A stretch of 62,992 nt of DNA, counting the filler, from Sphacelaria rigidula (Eukaryota), in assembly GCA_964200075.2 (NCBI GenBank). It is 5 parts of 5 records of this genome, joined end to end, with 100 filler letters (N's around TTAATTAATTAA, not from the genome) between each part and the next. Parts side by side here need not be neighbours in the genome. Positions count along the whole stretch, not along the records: positions 12,622 to 25,140 come from CAXNAA020003671.1; positions 25,241 to 37,758 come from CAXNAA020003672.1; 3 more parts are not named here. One strand, 5' to 3'. Made by a program: the position numbers and the translations under genes. Each line of letters starts with the position of its first letter. Positions within the stretch are counted from its first letter, which is position 1. The notes under the pieces were generated by a model. The model worked only from the letters and a program-made list of their open reading frames with translations. It did no database searches and was not told where the DNA came from. Positions 13,190-25,658 of the stretch are shown here, piece after piece.

Positions 13190-13790
13190 GATTCCGCCTG
13201 AGAACGCAAAATCGATTTTCGCGTGCAGCAGGGGACGATTGCTGCTCGATAGACAAAAGTGAACTCGGAACCCATCTCGATCGCCTGCATAGACGTGTAT
13301 CAAGTGACGCGAGCTTCGTACTGTGGGCTGACATCAGAATTTGGGGATAGATCGATCAGATGACTACAATTGTATCGTGTCATTTTAGGATCTGTGGCAT
13401 GTTCAGGTCCGACGTATCTCCTGTCGTCTGAAAGCGCAACATTGATTTTCGTCTGCCGCAGGAGACGACACCTGCTAATATATATGAGAGCTCATGAAAT
13501 TATCTCATCTACCATGGAGATACATCGAGTGGCGCGACGTTCGCATTGCCAGCTGAGATCGGTATGATGATGACCGCGATAGGATCGTACATAACTTAGA
13601 CTCTGCGGCAGGCTCGTCGTTTCTCCTGTCACCTGTCGTCTGAAGACGCAAGAATGATTTTCGCATGCCGCATAAGACAACAGCCGCTCAAAAAACATCG
13701 GAGAGCTCACTAAGTCAGCTTGCTTGCTCATAGATCCATCGAGTGACGCGCGATTCGCACTTGGAGCTGAGATTAGCTTTTTTCAGAGTC
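13190..13790 (+). repeat. Three degenerate tandem units of ~215-225 bp
   Basis: CTGA..CGCAA..GATTTTCG..TGC.GCA...ATC.AGTG.CGCG..TTCG.A.T...GCTGA.AT recurs at ~13196, ~13424 and ~13637. Confidence 0.6.
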
Positions 13791-14156
13791 CGTCGATTAA
13801 GGGGTGACCCTTGTCAATAAAACGACCCACATCGGCCTAGCTCAATCATTGCCACTTCCGCCAATAAAGGAACACGGGACACACGAGACATGCGATCTTG
13901 CCTAAATGGCCATAGGTATGCATGAGCAACATCGGGAGTAACGCATGTTGGACAGCGAATTATTGTTGGTTCGTCATCACTGGCAATGAACTCCTCATCC
14001 CCAACTCTAGAAGAAACCGACACAAGTTGCACGGCAAGGAATATGCGCAACATGAAATGAAAGGCAGTACAGTTGTTACAAGCAGTACAACAGCACAGCT
14101 CGTTTGTACTGCTGCAATCTCGAGAGTTGGGAGACAGACACCCGTACACAACATCA

Positions 14157-14214
14157 GTCCGGCATGTATTTCAAATAGAAAATGGGTCCGGCATGTATTT
14201 CAATTAGAAAATGG
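14157..14214 (+). repeat. 29-bp tandem duplication
   Basis: GTCCGGCATGTATTTCAA(A/T)TAGAAAATGG twice, 1 mismatch. Confidence 0.9.
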
Positions 14215-14564
14215 AATTCAACTGACCAAGGGCTTCATCAGTAATGTCATGGAGAAATACCGTTCGGGCAAGCTTTCAAGGGCATGGAATCGCTTACTTC
14301 TGCTTCTCGAGCGTCTCCCGATCCTCAACGTTGAGAAGACGAGAAGAGTGAAATGAATATTCTTCCCGATATTTTACGTGTGCTGGCAGGGTTTTTCACG
14401 GGAAAACGTCTTACACGAAAAACAACCAGACGGGACGGATTTTCCCATCCCATGTGGTCGTTGTTTGGGGGGAAAGGGAATGTTCCTGTCCCGTCCAGAT
14501 CTCGACCTGTTTTTTTTTCCATGTCCACCCCGTCCTCACGGTAGTGGGACGGGAAATCCCGTAC

Positions 14565-17500
14565 AATCTGTAGACTCTGGCCACCATTGTTGCCTAGGCC
14601 AGGTGCATGAACGCAGGTGAAAAAATGCATAGTAGGCGTGTTCACGGCTGGTTGATGAATCGCGGGTGTGTGGATCTGATCGGTCGACTATGTGAGCGTT
14701 TTATCTCCATGGTATGTGAGCTTGGTTTTCACTCTGTGGGTCAGGAGCTATAATCGGACCTTGCTCTCCCGTACAATGAGCAGGTGAAGGTTGCTGTATC
14801 AGTAACTATAGCTCGTGAAGTCCACGTGCCCTAGAATGGGGGGGGGGGGTCCATGTAGCTGTCCGGTCTTGAGTGCCGAAGTCTACAATAAAACGTTGAT
14901 TGGGTCCGCTGAGAAGCAGCTGACACGTCAAGACAGGGACGTCTGCAGACCTGATCAGTTTGCAGGGTACAATATCAGCTCAAGGCTTGTCTATGTCGAG
15001 AGGGGCTGGTAGGAGCAGAGCCAAGGAACTCCTGAGGTGGTGCTAGGGCAGGATATGGTATCAATAATGCGCAAGGAGCGGGACCGTTGACCAACAGCTG
15101 GCGAGCCGACAGCGTGCCAAAAAACGTGGAGCAATCACCGTTTGCATGGGGTGGAGATTGCGAAAGGGATGGTGCTAGCTTCGCTAACCGTGGTCGAGAA
15201 AAGGAGTCCAAGGACTTCAAGATGAGGTGAGAACTCTGTGAGGAAGAGTCGTTGTGGTCGTCGTTGTATGCTGGCACAGCGCGTCTTCGTGTATGGGAAG
15301 AGTTGTCGTTCCTGTGATTGGGGGGCAACTCCTGTTTTCATAGAAATGCTGTCGAAGTGCTGCATTCATAGTGCACGCATTTCGTGCTGGCTCAGCGCTT
15401 GATGGGAAACGTTGAGGTAACAGCATTTGTTCGACTGTCCAAAGTGACGAGGCGCAGCAATATGTCGCAGTGGAAGAGTATATATGTGCACCGCAACAAT
15501 ACGTCGACCTCGATGGTCGCTTTGTCCGTATACGGTCTCTGGATATGCCGTGCTATGGTCGCACGTCATCTAGTGAGAATTCTGCCTACTTAGTTACGGC
15601 CGTACGAGGACTATGTTGGTGAGATGCACGAAGCGATCGCGCGTGAGGCGGGCTGGAACGCTCTTGGGGAGACAGCGGTTTCTGACCTCTTGTCCAGACA
15701 TTGAGGATTATCTGTGTGACTCGTTCTTGAATCATGCTCATGATGTTGGACATGATAAATTGCCTTCCGCATTGCGCAAGCATGCGTCGGCGGGTGTGGT
15801 GCACGGTGCTTGGACTGCAAATAGTGGTGGTCGGGATACTGGTTATCCTCGGAGGCGTAGGACGCGCCCGCGTCTGAAACGACGCGGGGTTGCTTGCTGG
15901 TACTGCTGTTGGAGAGAACGAATGTGTCGTGCTGTTGCCAGCTGGGCAGGAGGTAGTCAAGCGCTGAGAGGCGAAGGTCCCGGTTGCTTGTCGCTGTTGG
16001 AACAACGTGTAGTGGAGGGCACGCCTTGCATGCTCGAGGCGGCGGGGGTACACTAGCTGCGTGATGCGAGCGAGCACAGCGAGCTTGGGGCTCGCCATAC
16101 TCATGACGAATCTCTCTGCACCAATGAGAATGGCAAGAGATCGTTCAGATGCTCCGCAAGAATGTCTGCGTGAAGGAGAAGTGGATGCCGGATCGGTGGA
16201 GTGCCGCCGGACCAGCGTGGGGCTGAGGACACCCCGTGGAGCGTTAGCTTGAAGCAGCAGGGAAATATGACCCGTGTTAAGCGAGTAGGTAAAGCGAGCT
16301 TCTGGCTTAAGATTCTATGAGCGATAACAATTCCTGCGGCGACGTCGAGTACTGCGCGGTGTTGGGGTGGTCGTGTGGGTTGCTGTTTGCATGGACAGCT
16401 TGGAGGGGATTGGCGGCGTTGATCACGATGTCCCTGCCGCTGTACCGTCAGGTGTTGGGGAGGATGGTGTCACACCATCGAGGGGTCTTGCTGCGCGGCA
16501 CTGTGTGGCTGTTTCCGTTTGCCCTCCAGTTTCCCCTGAAAAACCGACCGAAATGTTCTATGATGCGCAAGTATCTGTGGGGGCACAGGAGTTGTCGCAT
16601 TTGGTTTTCCGGTGTGGATAGACCATCTGGTGGCGAGCCGAGCGGCACCATGGGGGTGCGAGGTGTACCTGCACTGATCGTGCGCGGAGCGAGTATCCAG
16701 GGAGAGAACACTGCTCTACGGTGTGCACGAGGTTGTGGTTCGAGTGTTGCCATGTCTCAGGAGCGGATTGGAGGACTACAAGGAAGACCTACAAGAAGTT
16801 CTTGCTGTTGTGGTGAGCGCTGAGTTGGGTGATGTTGAGGAGCAAGTGCTAGTGTTATTGAGTGCTCGTTGAGGACGAGTAAAAACCATCACGTTTTGTG
16901 GGCGATTCAGGTTGTTGTAGCATCATTTGTACTCATGTTTTTGCTGCTGTTTGCGCATGAAGCATGGCGGTTGAGCGGGTGTGATCATATTGCGTGTGCT
17001 GGAGAAAATGCCGGGATACACGTGAACATTTGGCGTCTGCGTGTCGTTGCTCTGGTTAGCACGGATAGTACATGGTGATTCCTGCCAAGAAGGTCGCATT
17101 TTATGTACTGAGTGAAATGCTGGCATGCATGTGTGGGGTTATCGCTGCAATATGTTACTCACGTGCATGGCGTCTGGTAAAGCGTCAAGATCAGGCAATT
17201 TTTAACATACTGCTCTATGCCGGATGAGGTGAAGCTCGCATGTTCATGTTCTTACAGAAACACAATGGAAGAGTGTTTTTGCGGTTTGGACGTACTGTCT
17301 GCGGGTGATGTCAGTTCCTGCTGCTGGCTTCAAAATGAGCGATACCAAGAATCGCGCAGGCTCGTCTGTGAGCAGGTATATCGCAAGTGCTTCTAGTTAT
17401 TGAGGATGAAAAACTGGCGCACGCATGCATCAATACCGTTGACCGCGACATGCCTGTTGATGCATTGTCCCGTGTCTTGACGAGCACTTGGATGATACTC

Positions 17501-18525
17501 ACGTTCGACAAAATGATCACTACGGACGATAAATGATGGCGGAGGTCAAGGATTGCTATGCATGACTTGAGTAGCGGTTTCAGTCATGGCTTTGGCTTTC
17601 TTTTCGATGTCTTCATAAATTGATTGACAAGATGAAGCTCTAAAGCTTTCACGAAGGGGAGGGTATGCGATGCATGCGCTCCGCGGAGTTGAGCAAGCAA
17701 GAGGCCAGGTGCGTTTTACACGTTGTGGGGCACTCAAATCAATATGCCTTGAGGATGATGTATCATTCAGCTGTTGCACTCTGTTGCGTATGTATAAAAC
17801 GCACAAAATGTGCATTACGTATGTTGGAAGGTACCTCGTCTCGGATAAGAGAGAGACGGAAAGTCACGAATTCTTCGGAATTCGACGTTCCCTGACGTTT
17901 TTGAGGTTTTCTTTGTCGATGTGGAGTCAAAAGACTGGTTTGGGGCAAGGATTCGGGAATTTGGCGCTAGCTATCGCTCCGTAACTTTGACTGATGAAAG
18001 TAGCGTGATTGCGTCTTCATGATGGGCGTTTATTTTGGGACCTCTTGCAGCTCTTGCGAGTTGCTCGGGAACAAGGTGGGCTCGTATGTAGCTGTTATCA
18101 AAATGACGGCAAGGGCTGTTATACTGAGTGAAAATCGACGGCATACCTGGGCAACAATGATGTCTGAGTTTGTCGAGCTCTATTTCGACTATTTTTCGGT
18201 GGTGAGCGAGCTCGGGGGTGCTGTAGACGCTGGCCACCGCATTTACCTAGACCAGGTACATGAATGCAGGCGGGAAAACGCTTAGCAGGCGTTTTTGCAG
18301 CTGGTTGATGGATCGCGGGTCTGCAGGTCGGATCGGTGGACCATGTACGCGTTTCATCACCACGGTATGTGAGGTTGGTTTCCACTCTGTGAGTAGGGAG
18401 ATAGGATGCTGCTCTTCTGTAGAGTGAGCAGATAAGGGCTAGTGTAATAATAACTACAACTGGTGAAGTCTACATGCCCTAGAATAGGGGGAGTCCACGT
18501 AGCTGTCTGATATTGAGTGCAGGAC
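14565..18525 (-). mobile_element. Highly decayed repetitive coding relic (probable transposable element), with two diverged copies of a ~300-bp segment
   Basis: 14565-14887 and 18225-18525 are diverged direct repeats. Their minus-strand translations align (FFTCVHAPGLGNNGGQSLQ / FPACIHVPGLGKCGGQRLQ). Many stops and no diagnostic RT or integrase motif recognised. Confidence 0.4.
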
Positions 18526-21500
18526 TCTCAGCAATCTCACTGGACACTGAAGATATCTTGTATACTCTTCAGATCATTCTCAGGTGTGAGTCACGTATCT
18601 TACTAAATGAACAGCGGGACGAACCGGGCCGGGAAGCTCATGGCATGGTCTCCATCTTTCAGGAACAGACAGGAGGGAACGGGGTCGGAATCTTGCGGGA
18701 TAACACCCACTCCTTCCGGTGACAGCAGGACAGGACCGGACGTAACGGTCCCGCCCTGTCGTGTTTTCGGTGGCGTAGTTCTCGTCCTGTCCCATTTTCC
18801 CGGAAAAGTCTGAGTTCGGGAAAGCCTGTGTGCTGGTTCTTCGTAACAACGACCGTCGCTGCCACCGATTGGCATTTTCTAACTCGTGGGCAAACAACAA
18901 AATCACGCGCGCTTGATATTAATTTCGGGTAATGCTGAAAAAAACAAGTTTGTTGGTTTTGATATTAGAAAATGCGAACGTCCGTTTTGTTCCGTACCTT
19001 ATCCAACTGAACAAAATATAGCTTCAAGCATAGAAAAAAACAACTACATTGTTGTCGTTGTACCAGTTGATTCCTGCGCACCGGCAGAGGCACGAGCACA
19101 GCACACAGATCTTTCCGTCTCAACATGTCCATGCTGGCCCTGCTTCTACATTTTAAATTTTCAACATGCTGTGGTTTTCTGTGCCAGAGCCATTTACTTG
19201 GGTCCTTCTTTTATCCATATGCTGTTGGTGTCTGTTCACTCATGCCATATGCATGCGGCGGAAAGTAGGATTTGATACGAACCCCGAATTCTTGCACAAG
19301 CCACTCACACTGACCTTCTTTTGCGAGCACAACCTCTTCGCAATCATCCCGCGCTCCGCGACGGCCTCGAGTTATGGCAAAACGTTGTTTGATGTGGCAA
19401 CAACCACTGCAGTGCCACCAGTGGTGAGGAAAGCTCGGTGTCAACGGTGGCGGAACACACTCGTTTGCCACGAGTGGCGAAAACATCATTGCGCAGTATG
19501 AAAACCTAACGAGTGAGACTGCGACCAAGAAACAATGTCCTGGTGATGCCGCCACCAAACCGAAATTGGTCACCGTCTGGTGTAGTATCCCACCTGCAAC
19601 GCTACGTCATGCTGTTTCACTGTTGGAAAGTAGGGAATGTCAATATATCGTCTCCGCCATACGGAGTATAGCAGTGCCTGATTCAAGGAAGGACACGTGG
19701 GATATCTGTAACTGAAGTGTCTTCGAGAAAGACCCGACATTGTCAGAAGTATGACTCGACGCGTGCAAGAGGGCAAAGCTTGAGCGTAAGCCGAATCAGA
19801 AGAAGGCGCTTTCATCACTGGGCACCCTGAACGAACTTGGCCTCACTTCGTCCGTACACTAATGCGAAAGCGCCGGGTTGAGTACGCTTTGCAGCAATCA
19901 GTTTTGGTGACCACATCGTGTTTCAAGATGATGGTCGGTGGTGGGGAGAAAGAGGTCGGTGCTACGACGCTGCCTGCGCATGGGCGTTCTCGAGACCGCA
20001 AGTCTTGAGCAGGAGGTGGATGAGTGTGGATGCAAGGAGCATGGGGTCGGGAGCTCTTTCAGCAGGTGCAGCGGGTGTAGCTCGGGCGGGGGCAGCGGCG
20101 TATCACGAGATGGAGAGCTGCGCAGGAACGCCGAGGAAGCTACAAAGATGCAAAAATGCAGGGCCGAAGAAACAAGAGCAACATATGGCTCAGCCTGATA
20201 CTTGGTAGTGGGTACAACATTGTTGCGTTTGTGGCACAGCGGTGGTGGACTTGAAAAGCGTTGCCATTCTTGTTTCTTGGAATTGAAGAGTGACTGGCGA
20301 ATACAAACCCTCAATAAGTGATTGCACGAGCTTAGCGTCACACCTTTGTAATTATTATTTCCACAGATTGGCTCAATCTCTTGAAGCCGTGGTCACAGAC
20401 GAGGACTTACCTACACACGTTTCGTATAATGCTGTGGTATTGATTCTTGCAGAAGTAAACACCTGCACTTTAACGATGAACCAAGTCCCTCGTGGTTCAC
20501 GTCTCTATTTCTACTCCACAAATTGGCGAGTATTATCGTGCTTCGGTGTGCCCGTGTGGATTGAAGACGTTGTAGTCGTAAATTAAAATTATTGTATGGC
20601 AACCTCGTTCACCTCATGTCACGAGTACAAGGACTCGTCGGCAGGGTTACATGAAAAGTGCACTTGTTTTGCAGCCAACATTACCGTGAAGTGTCGGTAG
20701 CTAGAACAACGCTAGTACAACAGTTAGAGGCGGTGAATCATCCATGCGCTGCGAACCACAAACCTTGCTCGCGCCACGGTTAGTTTTACAACCATAGCGG
20801 CCACTGGAGCTGCATAATACTGCGCTTTACCGGACCTGACTACGATCATGTGGCGGGCGCGATGGCCGCCATGTCTACGAATATCATCGATGGCTGTGTG
20901 CAACATGCGATTGCACCGCCACTCGCTCCTGCCGCACGTCTGTGTCTTTCAGCGGCGAGTGCGGGACAGGCAACCAAGACGATTGACAGCGACACGAGTA
21001 TATGTATTTTTCCCTTTTTCCTTCATGTCACACCGCTGCTGACCGTTTTAGCGCCCGCGGCCTGCTGCGAGAACTGACAGTCCCGTGGAAGATGATGGTA
21101 GTCTGAACGCGGAAGACATAGCAGGATGTCCGGACGCTAAAACACATTCGGCGTATTTGATTTCCAGACCAAACACATCGCAGCATACTAACATGGTTGA
21201 GAGGGCGGGTTCGGGTTTTTGTAGGCCGTATCTGCCTCAAACTCAGAGGCAAACAGCCGCGAATGGAGGCTGGGATTGTGAGAAGGACAGCATCACTATT
21301 GAGGTCTCATACGTGTTGCTTGTGTGTGTGACAGCCTACGTGTGTACTCGTCCTGCTCATTTGGTTGTTGGGGGTAGCAAGGGCGGAAAATCCGCGAATC
21401 TCCGACCCAAATCAGACACCTCCCAACCACACCTGCACACCTCGCCTGCAGCACGTACACCCCACACCGGATGTTCCGCGCCCTTCAGCTGTTAAGTGAT

Positions 21501-22147
21501 GAACAAAAACTTCGGTATTCGAGTGTATTGAGACACATGCAGATATTTCCACAGTTACTGCCGGCGCGATCACCGCCACTGTACTCTCTGGTCTGAATTC
21601 GTGAGACGGGATTGCAACTGGCTCCTTATGCACAAACAGGCACATACTACGAAATGATGCTGTTCAGCAACGAACGCTTCGAGTCATGTTATGAGTGTCG
21701 ACCATATGCACGTATGCCGTGACATGTTAGCTCGATCACTGCTCCTGTGATACTGTTGTAATGTTGAAAATTGTCTGCAGGTGTTGTGTCTCTACCAAAA
21801 ACAGCAATCCAAAACTCCCGGTTGCAAAGAGAAAGGCCAGGAGGACAGTGGGCGCAGAAGGGGTTCAGTATCGCAAGTTTCAAGTCCTTCGGTATCACAA
21901 CGAGGTCCCTCACTTGTCACATTTCCTCGCAGAAGAACTTGGGAAGACATTCCCTGAGGTGCCTGATCCGGGGGTGGCAGGGGGGGAGTTGTACAGGGGT
22001 CGACGAAACAAAAGTGTGCTAGACTTGCTGAAGGGGAATGTGCGACCTACCACAACCACGAGAAGAGATATGACTTTCAAAATCGCAACGGTCGAAGCGA
22101 TCGCATTGAAAAAATGTCATCAACGACGAACACCGCATGCTCACCGT

Positions 22148-23722
22148 CTACAGAAAGCTCACGATGGCGCGGAAAAGGCTGTCCTGCTCCAAGCCCACCA
22201 CCGTAGCCTCCACGGTGCTCGCCACGGCCTTGTCCGAATAGGTGTCACAGTTAACGTTTTCTTTATCGTTGTTCTCCTCCCCGTGACGCTTTTTTGCCGA
22301 TCTGACGGTGCTGACGCCGCTCGTGTGCTCCACGCTGCTACTAGAAGTTTGAATGCTGGTCAATTCCATCGCGCGCTTTTCTGCTAGGGCACGGCACAAG
22401 ACCAGCAGCCCCCGACGGCGCCATACCCTATCCGAAGGCGCGTTTTCTAGCAGCTTGTACACACGAGATACATCTACATCTCTCTCTGACAACCGATCCA
22501 GAGGCAATCGACTTCCAACCGTGTCCATAGCTGTCTGGTCATAAAAATTCTCGAAAGTCTCGTCTGCATCCCATCTCAATAGAATGTCGACCACTTCCAC
22601 CCTCAAATACTGCGAGGCCACCATCAGCGGCGATCGATCTTCGTCGTCCAGTGCCTCAAGGTTGGCCTGATGTCGCAACAGCGCCAGAACTACGTCCACT
22701 GCACCATTTTCGACGGCCAAATGAAGGGGAGTGTAGTATACATTAACCTGTTCTTTCACATAGCCACCACGGGCATTGACATCTGCTCCAGCATTGGCAA
22801 GCATATCCACAGCGCTTGCGTGGTTGGCGGACACAGCCGCGTGCAAAGGGGTCCATCCGTTTGAATCGCCCGACTTTGCATCGGCCCCGTGCTGCAGTAG
22901 TTCCCTGATAATGCCCACATGTCCTTTCGCCGCTGCCACCTCCAAGACTGAATAGTCATTGTTGTTCCTCAAATTAAGATCTGCGCCTGCCGTCAACAGC
23001 GCTCTGACCATGGAAAGGTATCCACCCGCGGCCGCCACTAGCAGCGGGGATTGCTCAGCGTTATTCAGAACGTCTACGTCGGCTCCCCTAAGCAACAGTG
23101 GAGTCACCATTTCCTCTTGACCTGAAGAGATGGCCATGTGCAAGGGAGCGTCACCGTCGCCATTCTTGACATTCACATGTGCTCCGCTCATGAGAAGGTG
23201 ACACACAACTTGGACGTTCCCACCCCGAATCCCCAGGTGTAAAGGGGTTTGTCTGGTTCTGTCCATAACCTTCACGTTTGCCCCCGCCAACAGCAACATC
23301 TTCACAATTGACTGGCGCCCATGGAATGCCGCATAGTGTAGCGGTGACCGTTTTTTCGGGTCAGAGTACACGTTCACGTCCGGTTTAGAACCTGCCTTAA
23401 GCAAGGCAGATACGACCTCGTCGTTACCCCCCTCGACCGCCGCGTGGAGAGGGCTTTGGTAGCGAGAACCCTTCCAGCCAGCTCTCCCATCAGCCCCAGC
23501 TGCTAGTAGATCTTTCACCAGAGCGAGATTACCCGTAGCTGCAGCGTGCTCCAGTGGTACCCTCAGCCACTGCGTCCACTGTTGTGTACTAGATTCTTGA
23601 CATACGAGGTCGACGACCTTGTCCATGATTGACCTGCGAACAACTGCCCGAGGTGCCATAATGCTGGTTGACATGCTGCGTGGCCGTTCGCGAGAGGAGG
23701 TTGCTTCCCCTTGTGGGACCAT
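22148..23722 (-). CDS. Ankyrin-repeat protein (brown-algal/EsV-related family), single coding exon, 524 aa
   Basis: Uninterrupted ORF from ATG 23722 to TAG 22148. About 10 ANK repeats (SPLHAAVEGG, SPLHYAAFHG, TPLHLGIRGG, APLHMAISSG, TPLHAAVSAN, TPLHLAVENG). N-terminal WTQWLRVPLEHAAATGNL, and C-terminal DRVWRRRGLLVLCR...VVGLEQDSLFRAIVSFL*, which I recall as typical of this family. The start could be a downstream Met. Confidence 0.92.
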   Translation of the reverse strand: MVPQGEATSSRERPRSMSTSIMAPRAVVRRSIMDKVVDLVCQESSTQQWTQWLRVPLEHAAATGNLALVKDLLAAGADGRAGWKGSRYQSPLHAAVEGGNDEVVSALLKAGSKPDVNVYSDPKKRSPLHYAAFHGRQSIVKMLLLAGANVKVMDRTRQTPLHLGIRGGNVQVVCHLLMSGAHVNVKNGDGDAPLHMAISSGQEEMVTPLLLRGADVDVLNNAEQSPLLVAAAGGYLSMVRALLTAGADLNLRNNNDYSVLEVAAAKGHVGIIRELLQHGADAKSGDSNGWTPLHAAVSANHASAVDMLANAGADVNARGGYVKEQVNVYYTPLHLAVENGAVDVVLALLRHQANLEALDDEDRSPLMVASQYLRVEVVDILLRWDADETFENFYDQTAMDTVGSRLPLDRLSERDVDVSRVYKLLENAPSDRVWRRRGLLVLCRALAEKRAMELTSIQTSSSSVEHTSGVSTVRSAKKRHGEENNDKENVNCDTYSDKAVASTVEATVVGLEQDSLFRAIVSFL

Positions 23723-24271
23723 TTCAAACAACGTTCAATCTTCTCACGCTGTCTTCAATGCTGAATTTCTCCCTGCGAAGATGGTGATATGATCCCGATT
23801 CCACAACCTATGCCTGCACACACCACGCAGCAAAAGGGTATCACGTCATACACCAGAGACTGGAGTGTTACCTCATGTTCGTATGAATGGCTTCACGCCC
23901 ATAAAGTAACCTCTGCATTTTTTTAAACCGCATTGAATTAAATCATGTAAGTGGTCAGTCATTTTCTGCCTCACGAACAGCAAAAAATCTAGGCTTTATG
24001 TTCCGTATGCGCGTTGTTTTCTTGAAATTCGGCTACTTGTGTAGAGAAAAATAATGATCGTGTTGAAAAGTGCTTTTTTGGCTTTTCTCCGTCATTTTTT
24101 GCCCGAAAAGAGGGCTAGGCGGATGTTGAAACCTTGGAATGGCTTGCTATACTCGTCGAGACCTTTTGAGAGCACCTTTGCGTTTCCCGTAGGTTGCAGT
24201 TTTGTTTTATCCCAAGTTTCATTTTCAATAATAAACGGCCAATGTATCAGAAAACAGGGGGGAAACAGGTA

Positions 24272-24640
24272 TGGGCTGGGCCAGCGGTGAACCCCGCATT
24301 TGCATGTCACACCATAACTGATCAACTTTACCAAGTCAGCTCGACTTGAGCATATCGCTGTGAACTGTAGACCAACCTAGTAATGCCCGGCACCGCCGCT
24401 GAATGAACAAAAATTATGAAGAGAACAATTTACTGTAAAATATATCACCTTAACGACGAAACGAAAAAAACAGACGCTGTCAGGATTCGAACCTATGACC
24501 TCCATAACCGGCGTCTCCTGTATCACTCGGCTTGAAGGGGCAGCGGTGTCACACAAAAAGTGCCCGGCTGCGCCAAATTTTGAGAATTTTCGGCTGAAGA
24601 TTTCCCAGGATCTCCGGCACGCAAGTACGCATAATATTCG
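24272..24640. mobile_element. Partial diverged copy of the mariner-like MITE with a tRNA-like B box
   Basis: TA followed by TGGGCTGGGCCAGC. Collinear similarity to 52692-53030, including GGATTCGAACC at 24483-24493. Right TIR not found. Confidence 0.6.
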
Positions 24641-24649
24641 TCACCCTGG

Positions 24650-25000
24650 ACAACACAATGTGTTTTCAACATATATTAGGCATCATATTGGAATTTTGCG
24701 ATATATTACCCGCGTAATACATATTGGTACCCTTGGACTGCACGCGTTTTACGCGCCCAATATTTATTTTTGTCGTGGGACTGTATACATATTGCCCGCC
24801 CAATATATATTGGTACCGTGGGATTCAACATATATCGTCCCATCAATAAATACTGGGGCAGTGTGAGCGACGGTATATTGCACGACCAATGTATATAAGG
24901 GTCGCATTGGTGAGAACATACTGACCGGTCAATAAACATTCGGTCCGCGTGTGTGCAAATGTATCGGCCGGTCAACATATATTGGATATATTACAAGTAT
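24650..25000. repeat. Element rich in degenerate palindromic CAATATATATTG motifs
   Basis: Many ATATATTG/CAATAT variants spaced through ~350 bp, where the right half of the adjacent MITE copy would be. Confidence 0.4.
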
Positions 25001-25140
25001 CGTGTACGCTTTGAAAAAGATCCAGACGCGATGGATGCCGGGGCCCGTGCAGATTGAGAAAAGCTTCAAAGAACAGCCGATCATCTATGTTGAGGATGGA
25101 GATTTTCAGTGAGGATGAGAACCCGGAGGATTAAAATCTT

Positions 25141-25240
25141 NNNNNNNNNNNNNNNNNNNNNNNNNNNNNNNNNNNNNNNNNNNNTTAATTAATTAANNNN
25201 NNNNNNNNNNNNNNNNNNNNNNNNNNNNNNNNNNNNNNNN
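25141..25240. other. Artificial contig linker
   Basis: N44-TTAATTAATTAA-N44. Confidence 0.98.
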
Positions 25241-25658
25241 CGTGGAACACTTTGCAGCTTGGAGGAGACAGATTTTGATGGAAAGAAACTTCTCCGGGCC
25301 CCCATGTGCTTTGTATCCGCCTGCAAAAGTCTTCCCTCGTTCATCGATGCCTATCCAGGGAACAGGGAAGACGCCCTCCTGTGTGACCCCGGCTTTTTGT
25401 TTTTTGTTCGTTTATAATATCACACCTTCCTTTTGCGGTGCTTGGCTTAATTTTTTATCGCGAGAGGGGTTCAGCAATCCCCAATCACTTTCCCTCGTCG
25501 ACCGTGAAGTCGAATTTCGTGTTCCCAGTACACAGTCACTCTCCACTGTTATGTTGAGCACCGTGTGAGAAAAGATCCCAGATCGCTCCGGGAATCGAAC
25601 CCCACTACTCAACGGTCAGGTGGTTGCGAGGTTACCAACTGAGCCACCCGGGCGACCG
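25241..25658 (-). mobile_element. tRNA-derived SINE (head ~25580-25658, presumed body running to the contig start)
   Basis: Minus strand GGTCGCCCGGGTGGCTCAGTTGG (A box 25635-25646) ... GGTTCGATTCC (B box 25591-25601). 5' GGTCGC can pair with 3' GCGATC, but there is no canonical anticodon arm. Body extent is inferred. Confidence 0.7.

Noticed and set aside
14565..18525. LTR pair of an intact retrotransposon
   Set aside because: The direct repeats are strongly diverged, look coding, and lack recognisable TG..CA ends, PBS, PPT or TSD.
21761..22387. 208-aa plus-strand ORF
   Set aside because: Partly antisense to the ankyrin CDS, with no recognisable motif.
24470..24545. Functional tRNA gene (also 52895-52960 and 25580-25658)
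   Set aside because: Only a T-arm or A/B boxes are present, with no complete cloverleaf, and the sequences are embedded in repeats.
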